DNA of 37,963 nt, taken from NCBI GenBank assembly GCA_051294375.1, contig JBJCIZ010001667.1, forward strand, positions 1 through 37,963, in the 5' to 3' direction. Positions 1 through 11,714 of the stretch are shown here, in pieces (the stretch's first letter is position 1; each line of letters begins with the position of its first letter). Both the position numbers and the translations under genes were made by a program. Below the pieces are notes generated by a model. That model had not been told where the DNA came from and did no database searches. It was given only the letters and a program-made list of their open reading frames with translations. Source of the DNA: Paraspadella gotoi. Its lineage: Eukaryota; Animalia; Chaetognatha.

Positions 1-104
1 GTCCCCTTAAACTCTTTTGTCCTTTTCTTCTCTTTCTTCCCCAGAAGATTCCTCACTCTCTTTTTTCTTCGCCATAAGAGTCTTATTAAGACCTTTGCAA
101 TTTT

Positions 105-145
<41 letters not shown>

Positions 146-346
146 CTTCTCTCTTCTCTCTCTCTCTCTCTCTTAACTCCATTTCCCTCTCTCCTCCTCA
201 TTCTCCCCCCCTCCCTACTACCCCCCTATCTCCCCCTATTTCTCCGCCCTGTCGCCTTCGCGATCCCGTCCCTCACCGCCCGTCCGCCCATCCAGGACCA
301 AAATAACTTTGGTTGTTGTCCCGGCTGTTGTTATAAACAAGACTTC

Positions 347-347
<1 letters not shown>

Positions 348-380
<33 letters not shown>

Positions 381-401
381 ACACGACGTTGTCGTCGTCG
401 C
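348..401. repeat. (GAC)n microsatellite followed by short inverted (GTC)n
   Basis: About 10 GAC units at 348-379, then gtcgtcgtcg at ~391-400. Confidence 0.9.
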
Positions 402-498
402 CGTTCTTATATCAAGACCCCTCTCATTGTTGTCCTCTTGTTTGGTGATAAAACGAAATTTTGAGGGGAAATTTCCACCGGAAAACGAGGAGCAATAG

Positions 499-534
<36 letters not shown>

Positions 535-959
535 GAGAGAGAGAGGAATTGGCGAAAAGGCGTGGCTGAGGTAAGTTCACGTGCGTAGCGTGGTACGTGC
601 GAAAAGCTACGCCGCTCGTGCGTTCACGAGGACAAAGTGGGCGGGGGGGAGGTGGTTATTGGAAGCCTGGAAGGGGGAGAGAGAATTGGTTGAAAAAAAT
701 ATAATTATCGTAAATTAGGAAAAGAGAAGCGTTGATTGGGAGGGAAGAAAAGGCGAAAAGGGAGAGAATAAAGTAACGCAACTTTAGAAAAAAGGGAAAA
801 AAAGGAAGAAAGAAATTTGAAAGGACGTAAAGGATTTGATTTTTTCTTCTCATCACGCCAGAGATAAAGGAGATGAGACGGTAAGAGCTTAAGAAAAGCA
901 TAAAATCATTGTGTAATAGCCAGAACGAAAACGCAATTAAATATGATGATGCCATTTTC

Positions 960-1087
960 TTTTTTTCTCTCTCTCTTTCTCTCTCTCTCTAGCTGTCTCT
1001 GTCTCTCTCTCTCTGTCTCTCTCCTACCTTCTTTCATTCTTTATTTCTTTTTTTCTTTAGTTTTATTATTTTCTTTCTCTTGTTTGT

Positions 1088-1131
<44 letters not shown>

Positions 1132-1255
1132 TTTTTCTTTCTTTTTTTCTTTCTTTCTTTCTTTCTTTTTTTTTCTTTCTTACTTTCTTTCTTTTTTTCT
1201 TTCTTTCTTACTTTCTTTTTTTCTTTCTTTTTTCTTTCTTTCTTTCTTTCTATCT
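960..1255. repeat. (CT)n / (TTTC)n microsatellite tract
   Basis: Seen directly; explains the F/L/S-only ORFs. Other (CT)/(GA) tracts at ~106-170 and 501-545. Confidence 0.95.
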
Positions 1256-1377
1256 CTCAATAATTTCCTTTTTTTCGCGCTTTCATTTCTTTACCTCAGG
1301 CCTTTTTCAGTTTCTTCCTAATGCATTATTTATTCATGAAAAAAAATTTTCCCTCATCATTCGAAATCACTTATCTG

Positions 1378-2110
1378 ACATTCATCAGTCATTCATTCTC
1401 CATTCATCCGTCATTCATTCTCCATTCATCCGTCATTCATTCTCCATTCATCCGTCATTCATTCTCCCATCATCCGTCATTCATTCTCCATTCATCCGTC
1501 ATTCATTCTCCCATCATCCGTCATTCATTCTCCATTCATCCGCCATTCATTTTCCATTCATCGGTCATTCATTCGCCATTCATTCTCCATTCATCCGTAA
1601 TTCATTCTCCATTCATCCGTCATTCATTCTTCATTCCATCCGACTTCATTCTCCATTCATTCCGTCATTTCATTCTCCCATTAATCAGTCATTTCATTCT
1701 CGCATTCATTCGCTCTTTCATACCGTCATTTCATTCTCCATTCATGCTCCATTCATTTCCATCATTCGCCATTCCTTCTACTGACCGTCATTTAAATTCT
1801 CCATTCATCCAATATTTCATTCTCCACATTCATCGATTATCCCGTCATTCTTTCTTCCATTGCATCCGTCCATTCATTCTTCATTCATCCCGTCATTCAT
1901 TCTCTCTCCATCATCCGTCCATGTCATTTTCCAGTTCATCCGTCATTCATTTCCATTCATCGTCATTCATTCCACATCATTCGTCATTTCATTCTTCTCC
2001 TACATTCATGAATTCTCGCCATTCATTCTCCAATCATATCTCAATCCGTCATCATCATTGAGTCTCTATTCATTCGTGTCAATTTCATTATCTTCATTCA
2101 TCTCGCCATT
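1378..2110 (+). repeat. 22-bp minisatellite CATTCATTCTCCATTCATCCGT
   Basis: Many tandem copies, decaying to the right; the same family resumes at 22897. Confidence 0.93.
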
Positions 2111-2828
2111 TCCATTCTCCTCCATCATCATGTGTTTCGTCATTAATAACTCTTCTCATCACTGTCGCTCGCACCTCAATGTATTTTTTTTAGACAGTTG
2201 AAATTTTAAGTGGGCCTATGTGCTCCACGTGTTTTCTCGTCCGCAATATCCATGGCGAGACTATAGTGACGTGAATTATCTGGTGGTAATTCGTTGTCCT
2301 CGTACATGTGCCTGCAGATTCTCCCTCAACGTCAATAGATAATTCACCTGGCTCATGTCTGGATCTACAGATGGTCGACCGTGTATTGAGAGTTGGAAAG
2401 CCCGCAAGATAAGAGGAGTGTGTGTCCGGTGACGTAAAATATACGGCGCAACGTCTAGTCTTTGTGTCGATGATAGATGGGCGCTGTATGACGCATGTGC
2501 ATATAAGGGAATGATATATAGGGTCTGATGAAGATGACGATGGTCGGGTATTCGGCAGTAGGATGAGAAGTCGGATCATCTATGTCATACTTGCACGCTG
2601 TGATAGCGGGATCAAAAGAGAGATACGAGGACTTCATAAGATTGGAGCTGTGCGTCTGATACAGTGGCTGATTACGCTCAGTATGTAGAGTACTGAGGGA
2701 CGTTGGCGTGGCAGGTGTCGTCAGAAAGAGAGCCTCACGATGAGTAAGACCGCGGCGCTGTCTGGGACAGCTGGAGCATGTTATGGCTGGATTCTGGAGG
2801 CACGCGCATTTCTTTGATTTCCTCGAAA

Positions 2829-3674
2829 TGGATGGCGCAGATCGAAATCACTTTGGTCGTTGTAGCGCATCTGAGAGTAGAAAGAATCCACGATCAACTT
2901 GAGCGGCGTCTCTTGTCGACGAGAGCGTTGAGGGAGTGGCTAGAGGCGTTGAAGAAGTCGCACGAGGTCGTAGGTAGACTCTGGGCCACATAGGAGATCG
3001 ATTGGCGTCGATTGACCGAAACCGGAAGTGACGCTGACATTGACGCTCGTGGCGTGGATTGAATGTTTATTTTTCTATGAATAAAAAGTTCTGTAACCAA
3101 CTTGTTTGGTTAATTGTATAAGAGGAAAACCTTAAATAAAATAATCAAAGCATATAGATATTCCATTGCTTCCTAACCAAGCAATACAAATATCTATATG
3201 TAATAAAACATGCAATCAATATTAATTAATTATTAATAACGAGTTGAGAAAACAATAATAATTAATAACGAGTTGTTTTTCCATGAGTTGTTAATCAGTT
3301 TTGGAATGAAAATGAAAATGGAATTATTTGTAAACAAAACAACTCAAGTAGGTTAGAACGATTTGAATCGGATTGTTCATTTGTTTTAATATAAACAAAA
3401 GATTAAGTATAATCGATAACAAGATTATAAGGAAGATTCTAACATAAAATTCTTTATTACCTAAGTGGCGATATCAGTTGGGCCTGATAACGTGGACGAT
3501 GAGTCCCAGGATCGAGACTGGATCGCTGCGCCTTTTTTAAATTTTTAACAATTATTTCTGGATCGATTTAAACTATAAATAAGAGTTCCGAAAACAGTTA
3601 TATATAATCGATGGAATTGGCTAATAATAATAATTGATCGATCCGGGCTGAGATGTTCCAGGATCAAATCCACA
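2829..3674 (-). repeat. 3' LTR (~846 bp)
   Basis: Colinear with 22047-22896 (e.g. gcgcatctgagagtagaaagaatccacgatcaacttgagcgg ... gatcaaatccaca); reads TGTGG...CA on minus strand. Left edge is noisy. Confidence 0.92.
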
Positions 3675-3686
3675 TCCCCCAGACGG
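3675..3686 (-). other. Polypurine tract
   Basis: Minus strand CCGTCTGGGGGA directly before the TG that starts the 3' LTR. Confidence 0.7.
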
Positions 3687-4100
3687 AAACAACATAGTTT
3701 ACGAATCGATTGAAGTTCAATCAGTACGTTGATGATTTGATATGGGCTAATTAAACTAATTAAACTACTTATGTAACATTTATACATAAATAATAGTAAT
3801 AATAAACATATTGAAGGAAAAAAGTGATAAAGTTTTTGAAATAGCCTATGAGGTGAGAAAGTTGGCGTAGAAACAGCGTTATAGTTTGGTTTATTTAATG
3901 AGTCTACGTTTTCGATATGAGAAATTCGATGGCCTCGGGCGTAAGAAACGTTCGAGAGGTGGGCCGTGGCTGGCGCTGAGTCTCCGACGTTGCGCCTGAA
4001 CAGGCGTCGCTTCGGTGAAGACGGAGGTAGGCCAAGGAAAGAGGAGGCTCATGAGGCGGGTCTCCGACGGTTATTTTTTCTTCGTTAGTGGCGTCTGGTG

Positions 4101-5450
4101 TTACCGGAATTGGGCGTGGCTCGCGTCAGAGGCGCTCGGGCCTCTCGATGTTCTGGATTTGCATCGAAGTGTTTGAGATTGTTCATCGTTTTCGTCATCG
4201 ATTTCTTCGTGCTCCTGTGGAGATGAATTGATTCGCTTGGCGGTTGACGAGCGGGTTTGTCGCGAAGTTGGCGCCGGTTGGCGCGTTCGAGGTCCCGGGC
4301 GACGGCCGGGAGGGGGGGGTGAAGGAGGCGTGTCCGGTTGGGATGCGCGTTCTTCTCCTTCATTATCTCTCCAGAGAGTCGCTGGTTTGATTCTCGAAAT
4401 TGATATTGACTCGATGCCACGACCGGGCATCTCTACTTTAAAGTTGAGATTGTCTCGCTCGATCACTTTGTAGGGGCCGTGGTATGGCGCTGTGAGCATT
4501 GGGTTGACGCCAGAACGTTGCACGAAGACATGGGTGGCGTCGGTGAGCGTCTCTGGGAGGTAAAGTCTCGGTGCTCGATGCGCTGACGTTTCTGTCGGTT
4601 GTAGTCTCTCGACTTCTAAGCGGAGGTTGTCTCTGAGTTGACGACGTTGATTGTGGATGTTGGAAGAGTCGATCGAAGGAGGAAGCACGTCTCCAGGGAC
4701 GGCGAGGCCTTCGCCGAAGACGAGTTCGGCGGGTGACGCTCCAATATCCGGTTTAATTGTAGTTCTGATCGCTAAGAGCGCCGAGGGAAGCCTCCAAAAC
4801 CACTTATTGGGCTCATCTTTGCCGAGCGATCTAAGGCTTCCTTGAGGCGCCCTGTGAAATCGCTCCGAGACCAGAAGCGCCCGTTCGACTGAGGAATAGG
4901 CTGCCGTCTGTAGTGCTTTATGCCCACACTTGGAGCGAGTTGAGAACCAATTTCTGTTGCGAATGCGCGCCTCGGATCTGTATCAATGGCCAGGCGGGAT
5001 TCCGAATTGAGCAACCCAAAGCCAGTGCGCTAAAAGTCGTCCACACCGAAGGAATGTCATATGTCCCTTCATGGTGAGGCAGACTGGCCATCTGGAAGAG
5101 TCGATCAACGATGGGTGAGATGGAACTAGTACCATTAGAAGTCGGCCATTATCGTAATGTCCAAGTTTAGATGATTAAAACGTTTGGCTGGGACTTCAAA
5201 CTCGCCTATGTTAGCGTTATGTGGCGACGTCACCTTGGACGCTGCAAGGGACGCACTCCTTGCCCAGCGGTCGTATGTCGCTTCTCAATGAATTTGAAGC
5301 TATAGTCCTCTCGCGTCTCTAGGCACGCCGGAGTCCTAAGCCGTGAATTGTGTCAAAATCGTTCCCCAATTGCCTCGGGTACGAAGGTCGTGCTGGGCCG
5401 TTGGAGATTCGACGGAGTTAGTTTTTGGTTGCCGACGTCACTCTCTGAGA
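4101..5450 (-). pseudogene. pol: Gypsy integrase (HHCC, core, GPY/F), frameshifted in the core
   Basis: Read across indels: IHGLG(H)PG...RWARECVPCQASKV, FEVPAKRFNHLNLDI, IVDR..RWP; ORF 4101..4688 has THVFVQR...LTAPYHGPYKVI. Confidence 0.88.
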
Positions 5451-6821
5451 ATTGTAATCCCCGTTCTCGCGCTGTGGAGATCGTTTTAAAATCGCGTGCG
5501 GAGACCTGTGTCTTGCCATCTCTTCGAGATCGATGCCCTCGTGGCCGATGGCGTTGACAGTAGAATTGAGGTCCTCCACTTTTTCAGGTGGGATTGGTCG
5601 GTCGATTGAGGCGATAGGTAGCGGGTTGGGTCGCGACAGCGCGTCGGCGACCACGTTCGCCTTTCCCCTGACGTGTCTTATGTCTGTGGTGAATTCCGAG
5701 ATCACCGACAATTGAAAATTATGCCTCGTGGTCTGAGGTTCGGCTTTCTTGTGGAGGGCGTGAATAAGAGACTGATGATCAGTATATAATGTAAATGTTC
5801 GGCCCTCCAACCAGTGGCGGAAGTGTCTGACCGCTCTAAAGGCTCCATAAAGTTCGCGGTCGAAAGGCGGCCACTTCCGCTGCGATGAATCCAGCTTAGC
5901 AGAGAAGAAGGCTAAGGGTTCCCAGCCTTGGTGCGTTCTTTGTTCCAGGACTGCGCCGACGGCGATGTCCGAGGCGTCTGTCGTCAAGGCTAATTGGGCG
6001 TTCGTTTGCGGGTGCCTGAGGAGAGCTGCGTTGGCCAGGGCCTCCTTGATGGCTTCAAACGACTTGGAGCAATCCTCCGACCAATTGAGCTGTTTGGGCT
6101 TGCCGGAGAGGACGTCATAAAGGGCTGCTGCGTGTTTGGCCGCGTTCGGGATAAAACGTCGGTAATAATTTACCATCCCGAGGAATCTTTGCAACTCCTT
6201 TATCATCGTGGGCGGGTTGGTGGCGTGGATGGCTTCCACCTTTTGGGGAAGAGGCTTGACTCCGCTGGCGTCTACCAAATACCCGAGGAATTCCAATGAT
6301 TCTTGTCCCAGTATGCATTTTTTCCGATTAACGACTAAGCCGTTCTCTGCGAGGGACTTGAAGACCGTGTCGAGGTCCTTGAGGTGCTCCTCAGCGTCGA
6401 CGCTGGCGACAAGAATGTCGTCCAGGTATACGTACGTATGGGGTATGTCCCCGAGTATTTCGTCCATCATCCGTTGAAAGTCCTGTCCTGCGTTCTTGAG
6501 GCCAAAGGGGGTCCTCAAGAACACGAACAGGCCAAACGGAGTGATGACGGCCGTTTTGGGGACGTCTTCGTCGGCGACCGGGATTTGATGGTATCCCTTA
6601 AGGAGGTCTATTTTCGAAAAAATTTTCTTGCCGGCCAGTTCGGCATTGAAATCTGCCAGTAATTTGACCGGATATATCGGATCGTTCGTTTCTTTGGTTT
6701 TTCGAGTTGAGTGTCGACGAAAGTCGCCTGCCGCAACAGCGCCATCCTCCGTCGGCTTTCGGCACACAGAGGAGGGGCGATGACCAAGATTCTTGCCCTC
6801 TTTGCAATGCCAGAGACACAA
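5418..6821 (-). CDS. pol: Reverse transcriptase + RNase H segment of Pol (not a stand-alone gene; ends are out of frame)
   Basis: FSKIDLLKGYHQI, TPFGL..AGQDFQR, YVYLDDILV, FLGMVNYYRRFI; RNase H LTTDASDIAVGAVL, DRELY, YTDH, NVVADALSR. Confidence 0.96.
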   Translation of the reverse strand: MCLWHCKEGKNLGHRPSSVCRKPTEDGAVAAGDFRRHSTRKTKETNDPIYPVKLLADFNAELAGKKIFSKIDLLKGYHQIPVADEDVPKTAVITPFGLFVFLRTPFGLKNAGQDFQRMMDEILGDIPHTYVYLDDILVASVDAEEHLKDLDTVFKSLAENGLVVNRKKCILGQESLEFLGYLVDASGVKPLPQKVEAIHATNPPTMIKELQRFLGMVNYYRRFIPNAAKHAAALYDVLSGKPKQLNWSEDCSKSFEAIKEALANAALLRHPQTNAQLALTTDASDIAVGAVLEQRTHQGWEPLAFFSAKLDSSQRKWPPFDRELYGAFRAVRHFRHWLEGRTFTLYTDHQSLIHALHKKAEPQTTRHNFQLSVISEFTTDIRHVRGKANVVADALSRPNPLPIASIDRPIPPEKVEDLNSTVNAIGHEGIDLEEMARHRSPHAILKRSPQRENGDYNSQRVTSATKN

Positions 6822-7262
6822 GCTTTTCTAGCTCCGCTTTAGCTACTGCCAATTCTCCGGGGCAGGCGCCGCGCTCGGGCTTGCAGGGAGCTCCAAAGGT
6901 CGGAATGTGGTGTCTAATGCCGTGCCTCGGCTCCTTTATATCTCAAAGTGGGGCGTTTGAGAGTGATGGATATTGATCCAAGAGTTGATAGAAGGCGTTT
7001 TCTAGTTTGTCGACGAAAATTTACTTGAGAAGGTGGGCTGCCTCCGATATATCGCATGCGATTGTTGAGAGTCTGTAAAATCATAAAGAGTTTCCATCTC
7101 TGTGGTTTGGCGCTAAATAAAATTCAGCCAGGAAATCAAGCGCCCAGTATGTTCTGCGTGACGTCCGCCACGGGGCACATGATGTCGAACGAGAAGACTC
7201 TGGTTCCTAAGACAATTCGGGTGGACGACGCCGTAAAGACTTAATGGGCGTTCCCGTTGCCT
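6770..7262 (-). repeat. ~490-bp protease/RT-junction segment present twice (second copy ~20208-20745)
   Basis: Near-identical run e.g. gctccgctttagctactgccaattctccggggcaggcgccgcgctcgggcttgcagggagctccaaaggtcggaatg at 6831 and 20271; encodes ANG.PI..YG and ADV..NILGADFL. Confidence 0.93.
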
Positions 7263-7649
7263 CGGAGAAGTGGCTCGTCGACGACGCGAGATCCTACCTC
7301 AGGAGGCCGACCGAGAAGCCGACAAGCGAGAACCGGAAGCCGATTCTCCTTCCTCCTGCGGCGTCAACGTCAACGTCACGAGCCGGCTCTTCGATTACGA
7401 GAGACGAGGAAGACGACGAAGAGGACGAGGACCGGGCGCCAGACTACGAAGAGGAACGAGAAGACGACGACCGAAACGCCCTCCTCATAGACGAGGAGGG
7501 CGACGAGGAGGAATCCTCAAATTTTCGACGAAGACGAGGAGGAGCGGAAGCGGACGAGGTCGCCGCGGACATCGAAGTGCCTCTTACACCGGACGACGTC
7601 GTTAATTCTCGGTACATTCTCTCTCTCTCTCTCTCTCTCTCTCTTTCAG

Positions 7650-7850
7650 TGTACATATAAATAATTTTACTAATACAATTTGCCCGTCTCTCTCTCTCTC
7701 TTCCTCTCTCTCTCTCTCTCTCGCGATGTATATTATAATAATTTATAACAAAATTTGTCCTTCTCGATGTATATATAAAATAATTACTAAAAAATTTTGT
7801 CCCTTCTCGATGTATATATAAATAATTTAACTAACAAAATTGTCCACCCT
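7650..7850 (+). repeat. ~42-bp AT-rich tandem repeat
   Basis: About 4 copies of tctcgatgtatatataaataattta(c)taacaaaatttgtcc between (CT)n tracts. Confidence 0.8.
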
Positions 7851-8842
7851 TCTTCTCTCTCCCTCTCTTCTCTCTCTCTCTCTCTCTCCTCTCTCTCCAA
7901 AATGTTTCTAGAATGTTTATATATTGTATTGTACAGAGCGAAGTTCGCTTCGTTTCTACTAATTTAATACCCTTTTAACCATTATGTACGTATTTTCCGG
8001 ATGCTATTGTGAAATGGTGGTCGTCTTAATGATAGTTTTTCTTCTTGCTTCGCGCAAGGTTTCGTTCAGCTCTAGTTGAGAAATATTTTTAACGTTGCAC
8101 GACCCACGTTTCTAAGTCCATTGTATATATATGTAATGCACTAACCAAAAATTAAAAAAATCGCCAAAAAAACTTAAAAATAAAAAATAAAATAAAAATT
8201 GTCGTTTTTTCGTCTATTTAACAACAAAAATTATCTACTACATATTTCCTTGCTAATCTGTATTTTGGTAACAAAAAAATTGTCTCACTAATTATTCTCT
8301 TTGTAAGATATTTCACATTCGAAAACCCTAAAAAAAATGTTTCGCTTTAGTCTTTTTTTTCTTTGTTAATGATAAAATGACTGCGTTAATTGGTATTTCC
8401 CTCAACCCAACATCTTTAAAAAAATATGTTTCTCTCTATTTTTCGTTTCTCTGTATCATAAATAGCCTTCCCTTCATTCATCTGGCGCTGATAATAAAAT
8501 GCCTAAAAATTTTAACAAAATTCTCTTTTTATTTTTTCTTCGTCGACTACAAGACATCTTTTACGATCTCGACATCGTACCATACACCGGTTACGAAACA
8601 TCGTTGCTAAAGAGAGAAAAGGGGAACTGAGAAATGACAAGAGAGAACGGTCGTAATCGACGCGACCCGACCTACTCGACCGCGACACCGCACGCAACCC
8701 GGTCTTCGAAAAAGCGTCTGTTTTATTTGGTCCAAGGTGTTAAAAAAATATTATAAATACGACAAATGACGAAATGCGTCGTCCTCGCGATCGGCGCCGG
8801 ACAATTCATATCTCTCTCTCTCTCTCTCTCTCTCTCTCCGCA

Positions 8843-9060
8843 AACGTTCGAATCTCGAAATTTTTCGGAAAACTCTTATCTCCCTCTCTCTCTCTCCTCT
8901 CTGAACGTTCGAATCTCCGAAAAATTCGGAACTTTCTCTCTCTCTCTCTCTGAACGTTCGAATTCTCGAAATTTCGGAACTCTTTCTCTCTGTCTCTCTC
9001 TCTCTCGATCTCTCTCTCTCTGAACATTCGAATCTCGAAATTTCGGAACTTTCTCTCATC
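8843..9060 (+). repeat. Tandem repeat of AACGTTCGAATCTCGAAATTTCGGAACT spaced by (CT)n
   Basis: Four copies at ~8843, 8903, 8953, 9023. Confidence 0.88.
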
Positions 9061-9349
9061 TCTCGTCTCTCTCTCATCTCATCGGAAAAAACCGCTGCTA
9101 ACTGACGTCGATAGGCGAAAAGAAGCTCTCTAATCGTTTTTAATAGGTAAAAAAAACAGTAAATGATTCAATCGTATGTCATATATTTACAAATTATTAT
9201 TGGCAAACCAATAATCATGGTGCGAAGAATTATTTATATACATTTTTACAAGTATCAAATTATTCACCCCTTCTTTTTTTTTCTCTAAATTTCCTTTTAT
9301 TTTCTCTTTGAGGGCGGTGGTATTTCGTGTAACATTCTTATTTTCGGTG

Positions 9350-11281
9350 AATTTGATCATGAGGCGTGATTAAAGGGCAAGTCACAAAAACTGTCAAGTC
9401 ACAAGGATTTAAACTTTTTTTGATAATTCAACAAGATACATAAAAATGTCTATGACTACGTAACGAACATGATTTATGTATATTGTACATTTTGAAAAAT
9501 AAAGCTTTTTACGTACGTCCTTCCATACCGATTTTTTCCGCCGCGCACTATTCCACTCCTTTCAGTCTAATCTTTTATCATAACTTTCTTTTTTTATAGT
9601 CGAAAGTCAACAAACTGTAAGCTTTGGCCTTTCAGACCGGCAAACTGCGCGACTATTTGATTCGGGGGTAAGTCGATCTTAAATTTACCATTAACTTTTT
9701 TCGTTCTTTTTTGCCATTCGAAAAAGAGTGTCGCTTTATATCTTCATTACGTGTGAAATAAAAGGAATGATCTTATCCAGATTGCTGACGTCCAAGTAGC
9801 TGTGTAAATTAGCCATGGTATTTATAAAAAAATCCGGACCGTCTGACTTGAATTGAATAATACTTTCAGGCATACCGAATCCGTGTCAGATGCGAGGGAC
9901 TCTCACGTTATTGTTCCCAGGGAAGGTGGCGGAAACTGGGCAATATGAAATTCGTGGAGGATTCTGGAAGGATAATATTTTTGAAGTTCAAGAACTCCCC
10001 ATGCCAGTAAAGAATGCAGTCGTCCCACAGTAACTTTTTAATTGTAAGATTTTCGAAGTAAATGCAATTTTCTGAAAGAATCATCGCGTCGATGAAGGCG
10101 TGGTCAGGATATGGTCTTTCAGCGCCTCTTCTTTTTCGTTAATAATAAACTTAAAATTTAATCGATTTGCCCTTACCGCCGACGGAGCCTTGGCCGGTAG
10201 CAATTACATTTGAGAGAATTTTGCTCTAGAGCATTGTATTTTGCTCTTAGATTTGCCCTTAAAATCGATAATTCTTCACGAACTCCTCGAAACAGCACTT
10301 TTTGGTAAAGAAAAAATAAATATTATATGACTCCTGCTTAGTTTTACCCCCTTTACGTCAGCAAATACTTAAGAAAACAAATGTATCGAGATAATTTTTT
10401 TTTCTTGTTAAACAATCTACATTAATTTTTGAACTTAGTGTTTTTTTCGATCCGGTTTTTGGCCATAAGAAATCTCTAGTGAGTGGGGAAGTTTCGTACT
10501 GGGTCGATGAGTCTGTTTTCGGTCAGAGGGGGAACATTCTCGAAACAATGCTTTCCCTTTCAGTGTAAACTAAATAACACATTAAGAAAATAACCTATAT
10601 TAACCAAAATTATCTATGTTATACCCTGAATTAATTAAAAATTCTTTTTAATCTCTTCAGGTTCCTGACCCTCAAAGATCGTAAAGCCGGCATAAGGCAA
10701 TTGGTATTTTAATAAAATACTAGCGGTATAAAGAATTGAATTCTAAGGGCAAAATTGAGGCAGGAATCGTAATGAGGGGTGCAGGTGATATGTCAGTCGC
10801 TCGCCAAATCTCTTCACCCCCCTTTTTTCTCTACCCTGGGATCGAGGTTCTCCGAATTTAAATATCGCCATTTTTAACTCAAAATTAAAAGCTCTTTCCT
10901 TCCTCTAATAATTTATCGCTTATTTTAGTTATAGTCCTTTCTGGGATTGAGGTTTGGTAATTAATTCGTTCATATCGACTGAGCATAGTTTCACGAAGAT
11001 CCCTGACCAACCCCCCCGTATGATCGACGAATTTTCTTTATGAATAGTCAATGGATCTGACGCAATTCTAATTTTTACATTAAGATTTATATTTACATTG
11101 CATCAAACGCAAAGGCGTGGTAACTGACAAATAACGAGTTATGTCTAATTTTTAAAGATAGAACTATATTCTTTTCTTAAATTAACGATGTTGTCTAATA
11201 AGAGAACTGGTGGTCTAATTTCACGTAAAATGCTGCGTATTCCCCAAAATTTTATTACAATTTTAAATTTATTATAACCAG
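9350..11281 (-). pseudogene. pPolB: Protein-primed family B DNA polymerase, C-terminal ~640 codons, frameshifted, N-terminus missing
   Basis: Minus-strand motifs in order: GEYAAFYVKLD..LLLD (Exo III, ~11245-11190); LDITRYLS..AFAFDAM; L(E/D)FNSLY.SILLKYQLPYAGF (motif A, ~10745-10685); LRA.SK..LAKILSNVI; GMGVLELSK; LASDTDSVCL (~9895-9868); YLDVSNLDKDH; GKFKIDLPPNQIVAQFAGLKAKAYS; RLKGV; LRSHRH. Confidence 0.9.
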
Positions 11282-11714
11282 AAAATTTAAAGATACTCAT
11301 CATTTACTCCTAATAATTGACGACCTTATAAAGTGTTCTAGTTTTATGGATCGAAGACTTTATATTGGTAAAATAGTTTCATCATAGAATGAGTCAGCGC
11401 TAATAACTACGATTCACATATTTTTCGAAAAATATCCCGTCTCCTTTCGAAAAAATTTCTTAAATACAACTTCATTTTGATCACAAAGTTTATACGCGAC
11501 CCGCTCAACCTATTTTAAATTGTCTCAAACAATTTTTCTCCCTCAGTGTCCTAGCCTAGATATACGAGCTCATAGAACTCAATATATAAACCCGACTTAC
11601 GGATTATCTGTTATAAATTTTCAACTTTCTTTGCCCCGAGAAATTAAGAAATAACCACTAATATTAACCTGGACGACCCGGGAGATCCCGGTAGCTCTAC
11701 TGGAGCGGCAATGA
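11282..11714 (+). pseudogene. ATP: FtsK/A32-type packaging ATPase, C-terminal half (Walker A missing)
   Basis: Walker B LLLIIDDL at 11304-11327, then SHHR..SA, RKISLNT, RD....LSKQFFP, TYGYL.INF, CPEKLRITTNI, the usual Polinton ATPase tail. Confidence 0.82.

Larger units (their letters stand above)
2829..7262 (-). mobile_element. Ty3/Gypsy LTR retrotransposon (CsRn1/Kabuki type), 3' half: end of protease, RT, RNase H, integrase, PPT, 3' LTR
   Basis: PR-RT-RH-IN order on minus strand, GPY/F motif, PPT abutting an LTR that matches 22047-22896. Confidence 0.93.

Noticed and set aside
7-2201. Long ORFs up to 246 aa (F/S/L- and H/S/I/P-rich)
   Set aside because: Translations of microsatellites and the 22-bp satellite.
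3495-3520. Hammerhead-like ACGATGAGTCCC..GGATCGAGAC in both LTRs
   Set aside because: Both copies lack CUGA and GAAA; no stems I/III.
5533-6662. Plus-strand ORFs over RT/RNase H
   Set aside because: Antisense shadows of pol.
8843-9060. CRISPR-like repeat/spacer appearance
   Set aside because: Spacers are (CT)n, no cas genes, eukaryotic context.
11330-11660. Continuation of pPolB on the minus strand (RKGDGIF-like)
   Set aside because: The plus strand gives a much better ordered set of ATPase motifs.
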